A DNA stretch of 64,000 bases. Source: Saprospiraceae bacterium (lineage in GTDB: Bacteria; Bacteroidota; Bacteroidia; Chitinophagales; Saprospiraceae). This document shows positions 1 to 9,011 of this stretch, piece by piece. Numbering within the stretch: the first letter of the stretch is position 1; each line of letters starts with the position of its first letter. The notes below the pieces were generated by a model, which saw only the letters and a program-made list of their open reading frames with translations, was not told where the DNA came from and made no database searches. The stretch covers positions 9,197-73,196 of the forward strand of contig JAIYAV010000217.1 of the NCBI GenBank assembly GCA_027488855.1, written 5' to 3'. The position numbers and the translations under genes are program-made.

Positions 1-1557
1 GTAGAAGGTTTGTTGACTTCAGCCATCCGCAAACAACCTTTTTCAGTGCTGCTTTTTGACGAAATTGAAAAGGCGCATTCCAACTTTTTTGACCTCTTAC
101 TGCAACTGCTAGGTGAAGGCCGCCTCAGTGACAACCGGGGACGGGTGGCCGATTTTTGCAGCGCCATCATCATCATGACCACCAACCTCGGTGCCGATTC
201 CACGCGGCCAAAACTGGGCTTTGGTAACTCCAATCGCTCCGCCCAGGAACTATACCAGGAAGCCATACGCCGCTATTTCCGGCCAGAACTGGTCAACCGC
301 ATCGATCAAATCATTGCTTTTCAGTCCCTGGACAAAGAACTCATCCGGGCCATCGTTTCGCGTGAACTGGAGCAGTTCAAAAACCGCGATGGCGTCCGCT
401 ACCGCAAATTGGAATTGAGCATTCAGGACAATGCCCTGGAAAAACTAGCCGAAGAGGGTTTTCATCCCAAATACGGTGGCCGTCAATTGCAACGCGCCAT
501 CCGGGAACTGATTGCATTGCCGCTGGCCAACCAGCTGAACTTACACGACCCTACCGACAAACTCAAGGTACTGGTCAAAAGCAGCAAAGGAAAAGTAAAG
601 GTAGAAGTAGAACCCGAACCTACCCCACTGGAAGAACTCCTCGATGAATTCAACCTGCAGGATGCCGCTGATCAGGTCTCGGCCCTGCGGGCTTCGGCCA
701 TTGCTTTTAAAGAAAGCCATTTGTATACCTTGTTGTTGCAGGAATACGATGATTTAGAGGAAGAGAACAAAGAACAAGAGGGCAAAGATCCAGCTTATTC
801 TGCCCAAGCCGAAATCCGCAAAATGCAATTGATCGAGATTCGGGACAAGGTCGAAAGCCTGGTAGGCGAAGTCGAGAGCCTGGAGCAACGCTTGTGTTTG
901 GCGGTATTGGGTGAAGGAACCAGCGAAGAAGAGCTGGAACAGGTAGACCAATGGGAAGAAAAGTTTTTCCGCCTCAAAATAGAGATTTATCAGCAAGCCA
1001 ATCCTTCGGCCAACACGGCTTACCTGAGCATTTATGGCGATGCCTGCGAAAAGATGCGGCCAATTTATGCCATAATCTGCGCTGATAAAAACTTTGAAGT
1101 GACTTACACGGAAATTTGGTTCCGCGAATCCTTGTATTTCAGCCCAAATGAAGAAGGTAAAACATCGGAACAATACCTTTTGGTCGAGCAGGAAGAATTA
1201 TTTCAGTTCGCCCCTGAGTACAATGACCGCCTAGTTGGCTTAATCCTAAAAATCAATGGCCCAGCGGTGCAATTGTTTTTTAGTGGTGAAGAAGGAGTCC
1301 AAAAATGGCACAACATCCAACGTAAGGAACAATTCCAGGCCGAAATAAAAGTAAGTGAACAAAAAAACACGCCTCCACGGGGGATTCATTTGAAAAATTA
1401 TTTCAGCCGTTTGCCAGTTCGCCGTACCTTGGAGTTTCCACAAGTCAAAGACAATGTTTGGCGGATCAACCGACAAATCGTCGAAGATCAATACATCAAC
1501 TATCTCCTTTTTCAACTCGAACAGCAATTTAAATTGAATTTAGACAACCAATTTTGA
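1..1557 (+). CDS. Clp/Hsp100-type AAA+ ATPase, C-terminal part (5' end cut by the window edge) with a long non-canonical C-terminal extension
   Basis: Frame 1 is open from nt 1. 'LLFDEIEKAH..FDLLLQLLGEGRLSD..G..ADF..AIIIMTTNLG' matches the Walker B/sensor-1 region of the ClpA/B D2 module. 'LDKELIRAIV...YGGRQLQRAIRELI' matches the D2-small lid. About 330 further aa (acidic coiled-coil, then unknown) follow. Confidence 0.75.
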   Translation, partial: VEGLLTSAIRKQPFSVLLFDEIEKAHSNFFDLLLQLLGEGRLSDNRGRVADFCSAIIIMTTNLGADSTRPKLGFGNSNRSAQELYQEAIRRYFRPELVNRIDQIIAFQSLDKELIRAIVSRELEQFKNRDGVRYRKLELSIQDNALEKLAEEGFHPKYGGRQLQRAIRELIALPLANQLNLHDPTDKLKVLVKSSKGKVKVEVEPEPTPLEELLDEFNLQDAADQVSALRASAIAFKESHLYTLLLQEYDDLEEENKEQEGKDPAYSAQAEIRKMQLIEIRDKVESLVGEVESLEQRLCLAVLGEGTSEEELEQVDQWEEKFFRLKIEIYQQANPSANTAYLSIYGDACEKMRPIYAIICADKNFEVTYTEIWFRESLYFSPNEEGKTSEQYLLVEQEELFQFAPEYNDRLVGLILKINGPAVQLFFSGEEGVQKWHNIQRKEQFQAEIKVSEQKNTPPRGIHLKNYFSRLPVRRTLEFPQVKDNVWRINRQIVEDQYINYLLFQLEQQFKLNLDNQF

Positions 1558-1629
1558 CCTTTGTGCGTCTTAATTCCGTATTTGTTTTTAGACAGCCCCG
1601 AATACCCTGTTGGATCTAAAAGAATTGCA

Positions 1630-4173
1630 ATGAGATTGGAGTTGAAAATGATGGCGTGGAAAACGTATGTCCACCTCTTTAGTACCCTGGTATTGTTTTT
1701 GTTTGCACTGTGCAACCTGAGCGCACAAAACAAAACCTATGTCGGCAAAATCCAGGATGCCAAAAGCCTGGAGGCGCTCGCTTTTGTTAGTGTAGGCATC
1801 AAAGGCAATACCCAAGGCACCACCACCGACCTCGACGGAAATTTCTCCATCGTCGCGCCCAGCACGGCTACTTTGGTCATCAGTTATGTGGGATACAGCA
1901 CCAAAGAAGTTCCACTTAAAGACGCTGGTTCTGTTTTGTTGATCGCCTTGAGTGAAGATGTACTCAGTTTGCCCGAAGTCACCATTCGGCCCAAAGAGAA
2001 CCCTGCCTGGGGCATCATCCGCAAAGTGTTGGCGAATCGTCCCCAAAACAATCCCGAAGAATACAAGACCTATCAATATACTTCCTACAACAAATCATCT
2101 TTCACGGTAGGCAGTTTCAGCAGTTTTAAAGAGTCGCTCAAAAAAGACAAAAAAGACAAAAGCGACAAAAGCGAAAAGCCCAAACAACGCTCGCCTGAAG
2201 CCATCCGCCGCGACTCCATCATCAGCGATGCGCTCCTTAATAAAATGTACCTCTGGGTGAAAGAGTCCGTTGTAGAGGTATTCCACAAAGAACCTACCCA
2301 GGATAAAGAGCGGATCATTGCGAGTAAATCCTCCTTGCCCGGCGATTTTTCCATGGGTTTTGCGGCCAGTGATTTCCAACCCTTTGGTTTTTACAAAGAA
2401 GTGATGTCCCTGAGCCTGGCCAGTCTGAATTTTGTGAACCCGATTAGCGACGGCACTTTTAATCGTTACGATTTCCAGATTCAGGACACCATCTATCAGG
2501 GCGAAGACAGCACTTTTGTCATTTTTTACCAACCCTTCAAAGGCAAAAACTTCGATGGCATGCGCGGGGTGCTGCACATCAATTCCAATGGTTACGCCAT
2601 GGAAAATGTGATCGCCAGCCCTGCCGATCCCAGCCTCCATATCCAATTTCGGGTACAGCAGCAATACAAATTCAACGGCAAGTTTTGGTTTCCCGAAATC
2701 CTGCAAACCGAGCTGAACATGCCCGTGGGCAACGAGGGCAGTACTTTTGAATTGCAAATCCGCAACCGCACCCAGGTGAAAAATCCCCGGGTCAATGAAG
2801 AAATTCCGGCCAGTGTGTTCAACTATGCCACCCGCGAGCAGGAAGTCGACGCCAAACGCCTGAGTGAAGAAGAATGGAAAGCGCTGCGGTTGGACACCCT
2901 CAGCGAACGGGAGCAAAACTCTTATTCCATGTGGGATTCCATCCCGGAATTGAAGGGGCCGCGCAATCTTTTCCGGGCATTGGGCAACACCGCCAAAGCC
3001 TATTACACCGGGATGTTGCCCATTGGCCAGTTTGAAATCCCCCTGCGGGATGTGATTGGGCTGAATGGTTATGAGGGCTATCGCTTGGGATTGGCGCTGC
3101 GCAGCAATTTTAAAGGTTGGTCCTGGTTGCAACTGCGTGGTTACGTGGCCTATGGCCTCAAAGACGAAGCCTGGAAATACGGGCTGCGGTCGGAGGTCTT
3201 ATTGAGCCAAAACAAAGATTTGCGCATGCGTTTGTCCTACCGCCGCGATGTCAACGAACCAGGGTCATTCAACATTCTTTCGGATCAAACCACACTGCTG
3301 GGCCGCATTGTGCCGCGCAACTGGATTCGCAACCGCATGGACAGCATCGAATCTTTCCGCGCCGAGTTGTTCTACCGCCCCAGCGCACACCTGCAACTCA
3401 ACCCCTACTGGCGGCGCGAAAGTCGGCAAACGACCTATCCCTATTCTTTTGTACAGGACGAAAGTGTGTCCAAAAGCACGTTCCAAATGCAGGAAGTAGG
3501 ATTCAACCTGCGCTTTGCCCCCAAGGAATGGCTGCACAAAGACGGCATCACCGAAACGATCTATTACTTTACCTACCCCGTCTTCGACTTTCAGGCGGCT
3601 CAGGGTAGAATCACTGGCGTACCCGATCCGATCAATTACACCCGCTTGATCCTGAGCATGGAAGGCGAAAACATCTCCAAGGCCTTGGGCCGAACTGTAT
3701 ACCGCATAATGGGTGGAATGATGTTGGGCAATGTGCCATATCCCTACTTGTTCAATGCCCCTGGTGTGCGGCGCGAGGGTGGATCACCTGTCTTTAGTTA
3801 CCACGTATTTCAAACGATGGGTTTGTATGAGTTCGCCGGGGATCGTTTTGCCTACCTCTTTTTTGAACACAATTTTGGTAAACTACTGCTCAAAATCAAC
3901 TCCAAATACAGCCAACCCGAAATTGCCCTGGCCCAAAACATCGCCTGGGGAAGTTTGATGCATCCCGAGGCGCATCAGGGACCGGATTTTAAAACCCTGG
4001 ACAAAGGTTTTTATGAAACGGGCGTTTATTTACGTAACTTGTTGTTGATACCGATCTTGAAAGCAGCAAAGTTCAGTGCGGGCGTAGGTGCTTTTTACCG
4101 CTGGGGGCCATATAGTTTGGAAAATGAACGGCGTAATTTTGCCTATCAGGTGAATTTTTATTTCACGCTTTAA
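1630..4173 (+). CDS. DUF5686-like protein with an N-terminal carboxypeptidase-regulatory-like domain (secreted or outer membrane)
   Basis: The ORF runs 1561..4173. The ATG at 1630 (or 1648) precedes a signal-like 'LVLFLFALCNLSAQ'. 'GKIQDAKSLEALAFVSVGIKGNTQGTTTDLDGNFSI...ISYVGYSTKEVPL' is a CarboxypepD_reg-type motif. The ~850 aa length is typical of the Bacteroidota DUF5686 family. Confidence 0.65.
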   Translation: MRLELKMMAWKTYVHLFSTLVLFLFALCNLSAQNKTYVGKIQDAKSLEALAFVSVGIKGNTQGTTTDLDGNFSIVAPSTATLVISYVGYSTKEVPLKDAGSVLLIALSEDVLSLPEVTIRPKENPAWGIIRKVLANRPQNNPEEYKTYQYTSYNKSSFTVGSFSSFKESLKKDKKDKSDKSEKPKQRSPEAIRRDSIISDALLNKMYLWVKESVVEVFHKEPTQDKERIIASKSSLPGDFSMGFAASDFQPFGFYKEVMSLSLASLNFVNPISDGTFNRYDFQIQDTIYQGEDSTFVIFYQPFKGKNFDGMRGVLHINSNGYAMENVIASPADPSLHIQFRVQQQYKFNGKFWFPEILQTELNMPVGNEGSTFELQIRNRTQVKNPRVNEEIPASVFNYATREQEVDAKRLSEEEWKALRLDTLSEREQNSYSMWDSIPELKGPRNLFRALGNTAKAYYTGMLPIGQFEIPLRDVIGLNGYEGYRLGLALRSNFKGWSWLQLRGYVAYGLKDEAWKYGLRSEVLLSQNKDLRMRLSYRRDVNEPGSFNILSDQTTLLGRIVPRNWIRNRMDSIESFRAELFYRPSAHLQLNPYWRRESRQTTYPYSFVQDESVSKSTFQMQEVGFNLRFAPKEWLHKDGITETIYYFTYPVFDFQAAQGRITGVPDPINYTRLILSMEGENISKALGRTVYRIMGGMMLGNVPYPYLFNAPGVRREGGSPVFSYHVFQTMGLYEFAGDRFAYLFFEHNFGKLLLKINSKYSQPEIALAQNIAWGSLMHPEAHQGPDFKTLDKGFYETGVYLRNLLLIPILKAAKFSAGVGAFYRWGPYSLENERRNFAYQVNFYFTL

Positions 4174-4181
4174 ATACAGTT

Positions 4182-4898
4182 ATGATCATACCGACCTTGC
4201 AAGGTACCATCGATCGCAGAATCCTCATCAATTTCCAGGTTGAGCAGGAAGTTCTGAACAATTTTTTGCCCAAACCCTTCAAGGCGAAATTGGTCAATGG
4301 GAAAGGAATGGCGGGCATTTGTTTGATCCGACTAAAGGAAATCCGGCTCAAAGGTTTTCCGAAACAATTGGGAATAGCTTCAGAAAATGGTGCCCATCGC
4401 ATTGCGGTGGAATGGATTGAAAATGGGGTTCAAAAAGAGGGTGTCTACATCCCTCGTAGAGACACTTCATCCAAATTAAATGCTTTTGCCGGCGGAACCT
4501 TGTTTCCAGGAGTCCACCATTTGGCACAATTCGTAGTCAATGAATCGGCTGGAGCTTACGAAGTAGCCTTCAAAAGCGACGATGACACTACTCTATCGAT
4601 CAAAGCCCAAGAAACCCAAACCTGGCCTGCAGATAGTATTTTTGAGAACCTCTCTTGCGCTTCCGCCTTTTTTCAAAATGGCGCCTTGGGTTACTCGCCC
4701 GGCGGCAGTAATTTCCAGGGGATTGAGCTCAAAACCAATGACTGGAAGGTTCATCAATTAGCAGTGGTAGATGTTCAATCTAGTTTTTTTGAAAACGAAA
4801 AAGTTTTCCCCAAAGGTTCCGTAAAATTTGACAATGCCTTATTGATGAAAAACATTGAACACGAGTGGGTTGGACTAAAATCGATCGCTAAATCCTGA
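4182..4898 (+). CDS. Conserved hypothetical protein, possibly DUF2071 / acetoacetate-decarboxylase-like fold
   Basis: 238-aa ORF 8 nt after the upstream stop. The N-terminal pattern 'RILINFQV..EVL..FLP.PF.A.LVNGKGMAGICLIRL' resembles DUF2071. The family call is tentative. Confidence 0.4.
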   Translation: MIIPTLQGTIDRRILINFQVEQEVLNNFLPKPFKAKLVNGKGMAGICLIRLKEIRLKGFPKQLGIASENGAHRIAVEWIENGVQKEGVYIPRRDTSSKLNAFAGGTLFPGVHHLAQFVVNESAGAYEVAFKSDDDTTLSIKAQETQTWPADSIFENLSCASAFFQNGALGYSPGGSNFQGIELKTNDWKVHQLAVVDVQSSFFENEKVFPKGSVKFDNALLMKNIEHEWVGLKSIAKS

Positions 4899-5003
4899 TT
4901 GTCTCCTTATCTTAGACATAGCTAAAGTTTCCCCAAAAGGTGATTTATTTCCTTTTTGCTAGTATTTTGGCCTAAAGTTTCCTCAACAAATCAACCCATT
5001 GCC

Positions 5004-5261
5004 ATGGCCGCTAAAAAAATTGAAGAACAAACTACCGCCGAGTTGCGAAAATTGGCGAAGACGTACAAAATAATCACAGGTGTATACCTTGGAGCCTTCA
5101 TTGTATACATCGCAGCAATGCTTTATTCCGTCTCTACAGGTAAAGTAAGTACTGTACTGGTCGTGGTCATGGTGGCACTCATTACTACTTCGTTGCCCGT
5201 GAATATGATGCGGGCTAAGGTTAGTGCTGAATTGAAGCGGCGGGAGGAAGCGGCGGGATGA
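5004..5261 (+). CDS. Small membrane protein (two predicted TM helices)
   Basis: ATG at 5004 within ORF 4956..5261. The hydrophobic stretches 'ITGVYLGAFIVYIAAMLY' and 'VLVVVMVALITTSLPV' are flanked by charged ends. It is the last gene before the AT-rich island. Confidence 0.45.
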   Translation: MAAKKIEEQTTAELRKLAKTYKIITGVYLGAFIVYIAAMLYSVSTGKVSTVLVVVMVALITTSLPVNMMRAKVSAELKRREEAAG

Positions 5262-5392
5262 TGGTTGTAAAAAGGCAACTATCATTATGGCTACGGAACT
5301 CAGATAATTCTATAGCTATATCATTGGGTATATCTGCCTAAATGAAATTAATAAAAATAATTATTCATACAAGAAAAGACAAAATATTGCTC

Positions 5393-6580
5393 ATGGCGAA
5401 GTTCTTATCTTCATTTGCGTTCAAAAAATGTAAGCATCCTAATTATGAGTATATTTATCAAATTAACGCTTCATCGCTATTTCCAGATATAAATTTATTG
5501 GGAAAGCAGGTCACAGTCGCAGGATTGTCCATTAAACGATGCCTTGACTGTGGTACATTCCATTGGACAGAAGGCAATGAAGAACTAAAGCCCATTGTTC
5601 AAGAACAAATTATGTCTTTTTTAAAAGCATCTGATGATTTTTTAGATCAATCCTTGATATTTGGTGATTTTAAAAAGGCAAATCTACAGGTTATTGAACC
5701 GCCCACATCTTTTAAAAAGGTACTAGCAGAGGAAGCTGTCTTTACAATAAGCTCAACCAATATAAATCTTGTCGATGTAATTCTTCCTCACAATACAGAA
5801 CAAGGAATAAAACAGATATTCGCAAGTATCAAATATCAACATATAGTGAATGATGAATGGGGGTTCAACAAAGTAGATCCTGTAGGAACTGGAACAGTAA
5901 TATTGTTTTATGGACCATCAGGAACTGGAAAAACCCGATCAGCAGGAGCTATCGCCAATGAATTAGACATGCCCATGATTTCTGTCTCGCTAAAAGATTT
6001 GGAAAGTAGATTCATGGGGCAAACCCCAAAAAACATCGCTAAAGCTTTTGAGGAGGCAAACAAACAAAATGCTGTACTGTTTTTTGATGAAGCTGATACC
6101 GTTCTAGGAAAAAGGTTATCTTCAGTAACTACGGGAGTGGATAACGAAATAAATATGGAACGTTCAACTCTGCTCAAAGAACTTGAAGCGTTCTCAGGCA
6201 TTTGTATTTTCGCAACAAATTTTCAAGAGAATATAGATACCGCATTTCAAAGAAGAATTAATTATCACGTTTCATTTGAATTGCCTGATCCAATCACTCG
6301 AAAACGACTTTTAAGTTATTTCCTTATCGATAGCATTCCTCTTTTAGAGACAAAAGAGCATATTACTGATCAGATTGTGGAAGAAACTTCTGAATTTAGC
6401 GGAGGGGATATTGTACAGGCACTTCGACAAGGTTTCATTATTGCTTTAATGGAAAACCCCACTACCCCAAAGGTCAGTTTAGCCCATTTTATTGAAGGCA
6501 TAGCCAACTTAAAAAAAATAAAGCAAGCAATTGCTCAAAGAATGACTCAAACTATTTTTAACATCAAAAACAAACAATAA
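5393..6580 (+). CDS. Classic-clade AAA+ ATPase with a ~170-aa N-terminal Cys/His-containing domain (island gene 1)
   Basis: Walker A 'GPSGTGKT' (nt 5912-5935), Walker B 'VLFFDEAD', second region of homology 'FATNFQENIDTAFQRRI', and lid 'LPDPITRKRLL...FSGGDIVQA'. The N-terminal region has C-x-H ... C-x2-C-x3-H. An alternative start lies at 5342. Confidence 0.85.
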   Translation: MAKFLSSFAFKKCKHPNYEYIYQINASSLFPDINLLGKQVTVAGLSIKRCLDCGTFHWTEGNEELKPIVQEQIMSFLKASDDFLDQSLIFGDFKKANLQVIEPPTSFKKVLAEEAVFTISSTNINLVDVILPHNTEQGIKQIFASIKYQHIVNDEWGFNKVDPVGTGTVILFYGPSGTGKTRSAGAIANELDMPMISVSLKDLESRFMGQTPKNIAKAFEEANKQNAVLFFDEADTVLGKRLSSVTTGVDNEINMERSTLLKELEAFSGICIFATNFQENIDTAFQRRINYHVSFELPDPITRKRLLSYFLIDSIPLLETKEHITDQIVEETSEFSGGDIVQALRQGFIIALMENPTTPKVSLAHFIEGIANLKKIKQAIAQRMTQTIFNIKNKQ

Positions 6581-7590
6581 TGAGTTTAATGAACTGGATT
6601 AGACAAATAGCCATAAAAGTTAGAGATGTCGTTGTCTCAGCAGTTGTTGCAGCTTATGAAATAGGCAAAAAGGTTGTACATTATGTAAAGGAAGCAGTAA
6701 GGGCGGTTGTTGATTTTGGTGCCGAGTTGATAGAAAGATTTCTTAAAAAATTGGAAAAATTTGATATTTCCATACGTGTAGGAAATATTGAAATATCCTT
6801 CAAAGATAAAGGAATCCATGTGAATTCCTTCCAAATAGGGCTAATTGAAAAAATCTTAGAAACTATCAAGCTATTGGAAAGTGTAGAGACTTCAGAAATT
6901 TCTACAATTGAAGATTATTCAAGGATTAAAGTTTCAAGACAATTCTTGATGAAAATGATGCAGAAAACAGCCAGAGAGCTTGAAAGTATGAATGATACTG
7001 ATAAAGAATTTCTTGATTATGTTTACCAATTTTTAAAAGGCGAAATGGATTCACATTCATTGGAAGCTTTTGAAAAAAGTGTATTTGAAAGATATGGGAG
7101 AACCCTTCTTGAATTTGGCCTTGAGAAGATAAATAATTATTGGAAAAAACGTTACAGGAATATTGACCAGCGCATCGATATGTTGAGCACAGAACTCCGA
7201 AGAATAAAGCAAGAGTTCAGGGCTATAAATACCCTAATCAAAGCTGGTGCAGAAATTGAAGATCAAGACCTAGCTCGATTGGAACAACTTAAAACAGAAA
7301 TACCACAAAAAGAACAAGAAAAAGTAAAGCAAGAAGCGCATCTTGCTAAAACATATAAAATAACTTCCGTGATGGCCGGTTTATTAAAAATGGCAGATCG
7401 AGAGAGTAATATTCCTGATCATTTACGTACTTATTTTAAACCAGTTGCAGATATTATGGTGCGTTGGCAACAAAATGAAAATTTGAGCCTTGAAGAAGAA
7501 AACCTTCTTGATAATTTTGCTCAACTTTACTGGAACAGCAACGAAAATTTAAATTCGTTTGAAGAAGATGAACCTTTAGAATTTCATTAA
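6580..7590 (+). CDS. Hypothetical coiled-coil protein (island gene 2), translationally coupled to the AAA+ gene
   Basis: The start ATG (6580-6582) overlaps the upstream TAA (6578-6580) by 1 nt. The 336-aa product has an amphipathic N-terminus and a K/E/L-rich helical composition. I recognise no family. Confidence 0.7.
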   Translation: MSLMNWIRQIAIKVRDVVVSAVVAAYEIGKKVVHYVKEAVRAVVDFGAELIERFLKKLEKFDISIRVGNIEISFKDKGIHVNSFQIGLIEKILETIKLLESVETSEISTIEDYSRIKVSRQFLMKMMQKTARELESMNDTDKEFLDYVYQFLKGEMDSHSLEAFEKSVFERYGRTLLEFGLEKINNYWKKRYRNIDQRIDMLSTELRRIKQEFRAINTLIKAGAEIEDQDLARLEQLKTEIPQKEQEKVKQEAHLAKTYKITSVMAGLLKMADRESNIPDHLRTYFKPVADIMVRWQQNENLSLEEENLLDNFAQLYWNSNENLNSFEEDEPLEFH

Positions 7591-7613
7591 ACAACCATTA
7601 AAAATCTTAGGAT

Positions 7614-9005
7614 ATGAATAAGGTAAGTGCAATTGGCTATCTTATACCGAAAACGTCTTTTGAGTATCTTTTTTTTATTTTACCGCTGGTTTTATTTTTA
7701 ATAGGGTACTCTTATCGGTCTAAATTAGGTATTCTTTGGGAGCAAAAATTCAAAAATATTGGTCTAAAAAGCCGTGTATTAGGCATTATAAGTAGCCAAG
7801 AAATCATTGAAGCGACTACCCCGTCCCAGCAAAAATTTATCTATTCCCTCCCTGGTATGTTTTTAATAATCGGTCTTTTAGGGACTTTCTGGGGCCTTGG
7901 ACTGGGAATGGTAAAGATGGATGCAGCAATTAATTCAAGCGGAGAAGACATGATGTATAATTTAAAATCATCGCTGGCTGATCTAAGTGTTCAATTTAAA
8001 TCAAGTATTTGGGGGATATTATTCAATTTATTGACAAAAGTATTTTTTGGGAATATTCCCCAAATGCATCATGCATATATATTGCTTAAGCTAGACAAAC
8101 TAGCAGATGAAAAAGAGAGGCTTGAAAACGCTCACAAGGCTGGTCTTTTGGAAAAACTGTCCAATAACAATGCTCATTTACAAGAAGTAATAACAAATGG
8201 CTCTCTAAGTGTTCAACAAATTAAGGAACTCAATTCAAAGTATCAAAGTACAGTGGACGCCATAAATAATTTTAAAGAAGAGAATTCAGAAATTACTTTA
8301 AAGTTAAAAATCGCTGCGGAAGAGTTTACAGAAGGAGCAAAAAGCATGAACACCAGCATTGAATCCTATAAAGATGAAATGTCAATTGCATTTGGTAAAA
8401 TTGGTAGAATTATTTCAGACATTAAAGGGTTCATCGAAGCATCAAGATCTGCAATTGACACAAGTGTCCAAGCGTTAAAGGATGAGATAAAATTATCATT
8501 AAGCGATTTTTCAACAAGCATTTCTGGCACCTTAGGACAAGTTTCTCAAAGTTTAATGATTGCAACTGGGAGTATAGAAAGAGCTATTGAAGATTCTATG
8601 AAAATGGTCGGAGAAACATCTAAGACTAGCTCAGAATCTATTGAGATCGCAACATCCAGCTTAAAAGATCAAGTTGGAACCTTATCAAGCGAGCTTTCAC
8701 GTAACTTAGCTGAAGTAACCAGAATATTAAATGCATCACAAAAGCAAATGGACAGTCAAACAAGAATTCATGCAGAAGTAGCTTCATGGTTGGGCGGGTT
8801 AAACGAGAGCACAAATCGATATTATGACGACCTCGAAAAATTGCGGACGATAATCACCACTATGTCTAACGAAAAGGCCAATTTAATTGGAAACATGGCT
8901 TCGTTATTAGGCGCAACTGGAATAGTTTCAACTAGACTAGGCGAAATGGTTGAGGAACAAAAGAATTTAAATAGAATTTTATCCGACAAAAAAGATAATG
9001 AATAA
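7614..9005 (+). CDS. MotA/TolQ/ExbB-family channel-like membrane protein with a ~310-aa helical C-terminal tail (ZorA-like; island gene 3)
   Basis: Three N-terminal hydrophobic segments (aa ~17-34, 75-100, 128-146). 'LPGMFLIIGLLGTFWGLGLGM' resembles the MotA/ExbB 'GLLGTV.G' signature. The rest is a long S/T/E/K/I-rich predicted helix. The gene starts 23 nt after gene 2. Confidence 0.65.
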   Translation: MNKVSAIGYLIPKTSFEYLFFILPLVLFLIGYSYRSKLGILWEQKFKNIGLKSRVLGIISSQEIIEATTPSQQKFIYSLPGMFLIIGLLGTFWGLGLGMVKMDAAINSSGEDMMYNLKSSLADLSVQFKSSIWGILFNLLTKVFFGNIPQMHHAYILLKLDKLADEKERLENAHKAGLLEKLSNNNAHLQEVITNGSLSVQQIKELNSKYQSTVDAINNFKEENSEITLKLKIAAEEFTEGAKSMNTSIESYKDEMSIAFGKIGRIISDIKGFIEASRSAIDTSVQALKDEIKLSLSDFSTSISGTLGQVSQSLMIATGSIERAIEDSMKMVGETSKTSSESIEIATSSLKDQVGTLSSELSRNLAEVTRILNASQKQMDSQTRIHAEVASWLGGLNESTNRYYDDLEKLRTIITTMSNEKANLIGNMASLLGATGIVSTRLGEMVEEQKNLNRILSDKKDNE

Positions 9006-9011
9006 GCAGTT

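Noticed and set aside
2125-2175. Repetitive 'aaaaaagacaaaaaagacaaaagcgacaaaagcgaaaag' stretch as a possible non-coding repeat
   Set aside because: It lies in frame within the DUF5686 ORF and encodes a Lys/Asp/Ser-rich linker ('KKDKKDKSDKSEKPK'). It is coding low complexity rather than a separate element.
2095-3132. Long antisense ORF (345 aa) inside the DUF5686 gene. Similar cases occur at 53090..54466, 28583..29395, 32563..33282, 60620..61402, 33744..34388, 13448..13951 and 14354..14851.
   Set aside because: These are shadow ORFs on the strand opposite genes with strong family motifs. They lack recognisable motifs and have an Arg/Gly/His-rich composition typical of antisense frames.
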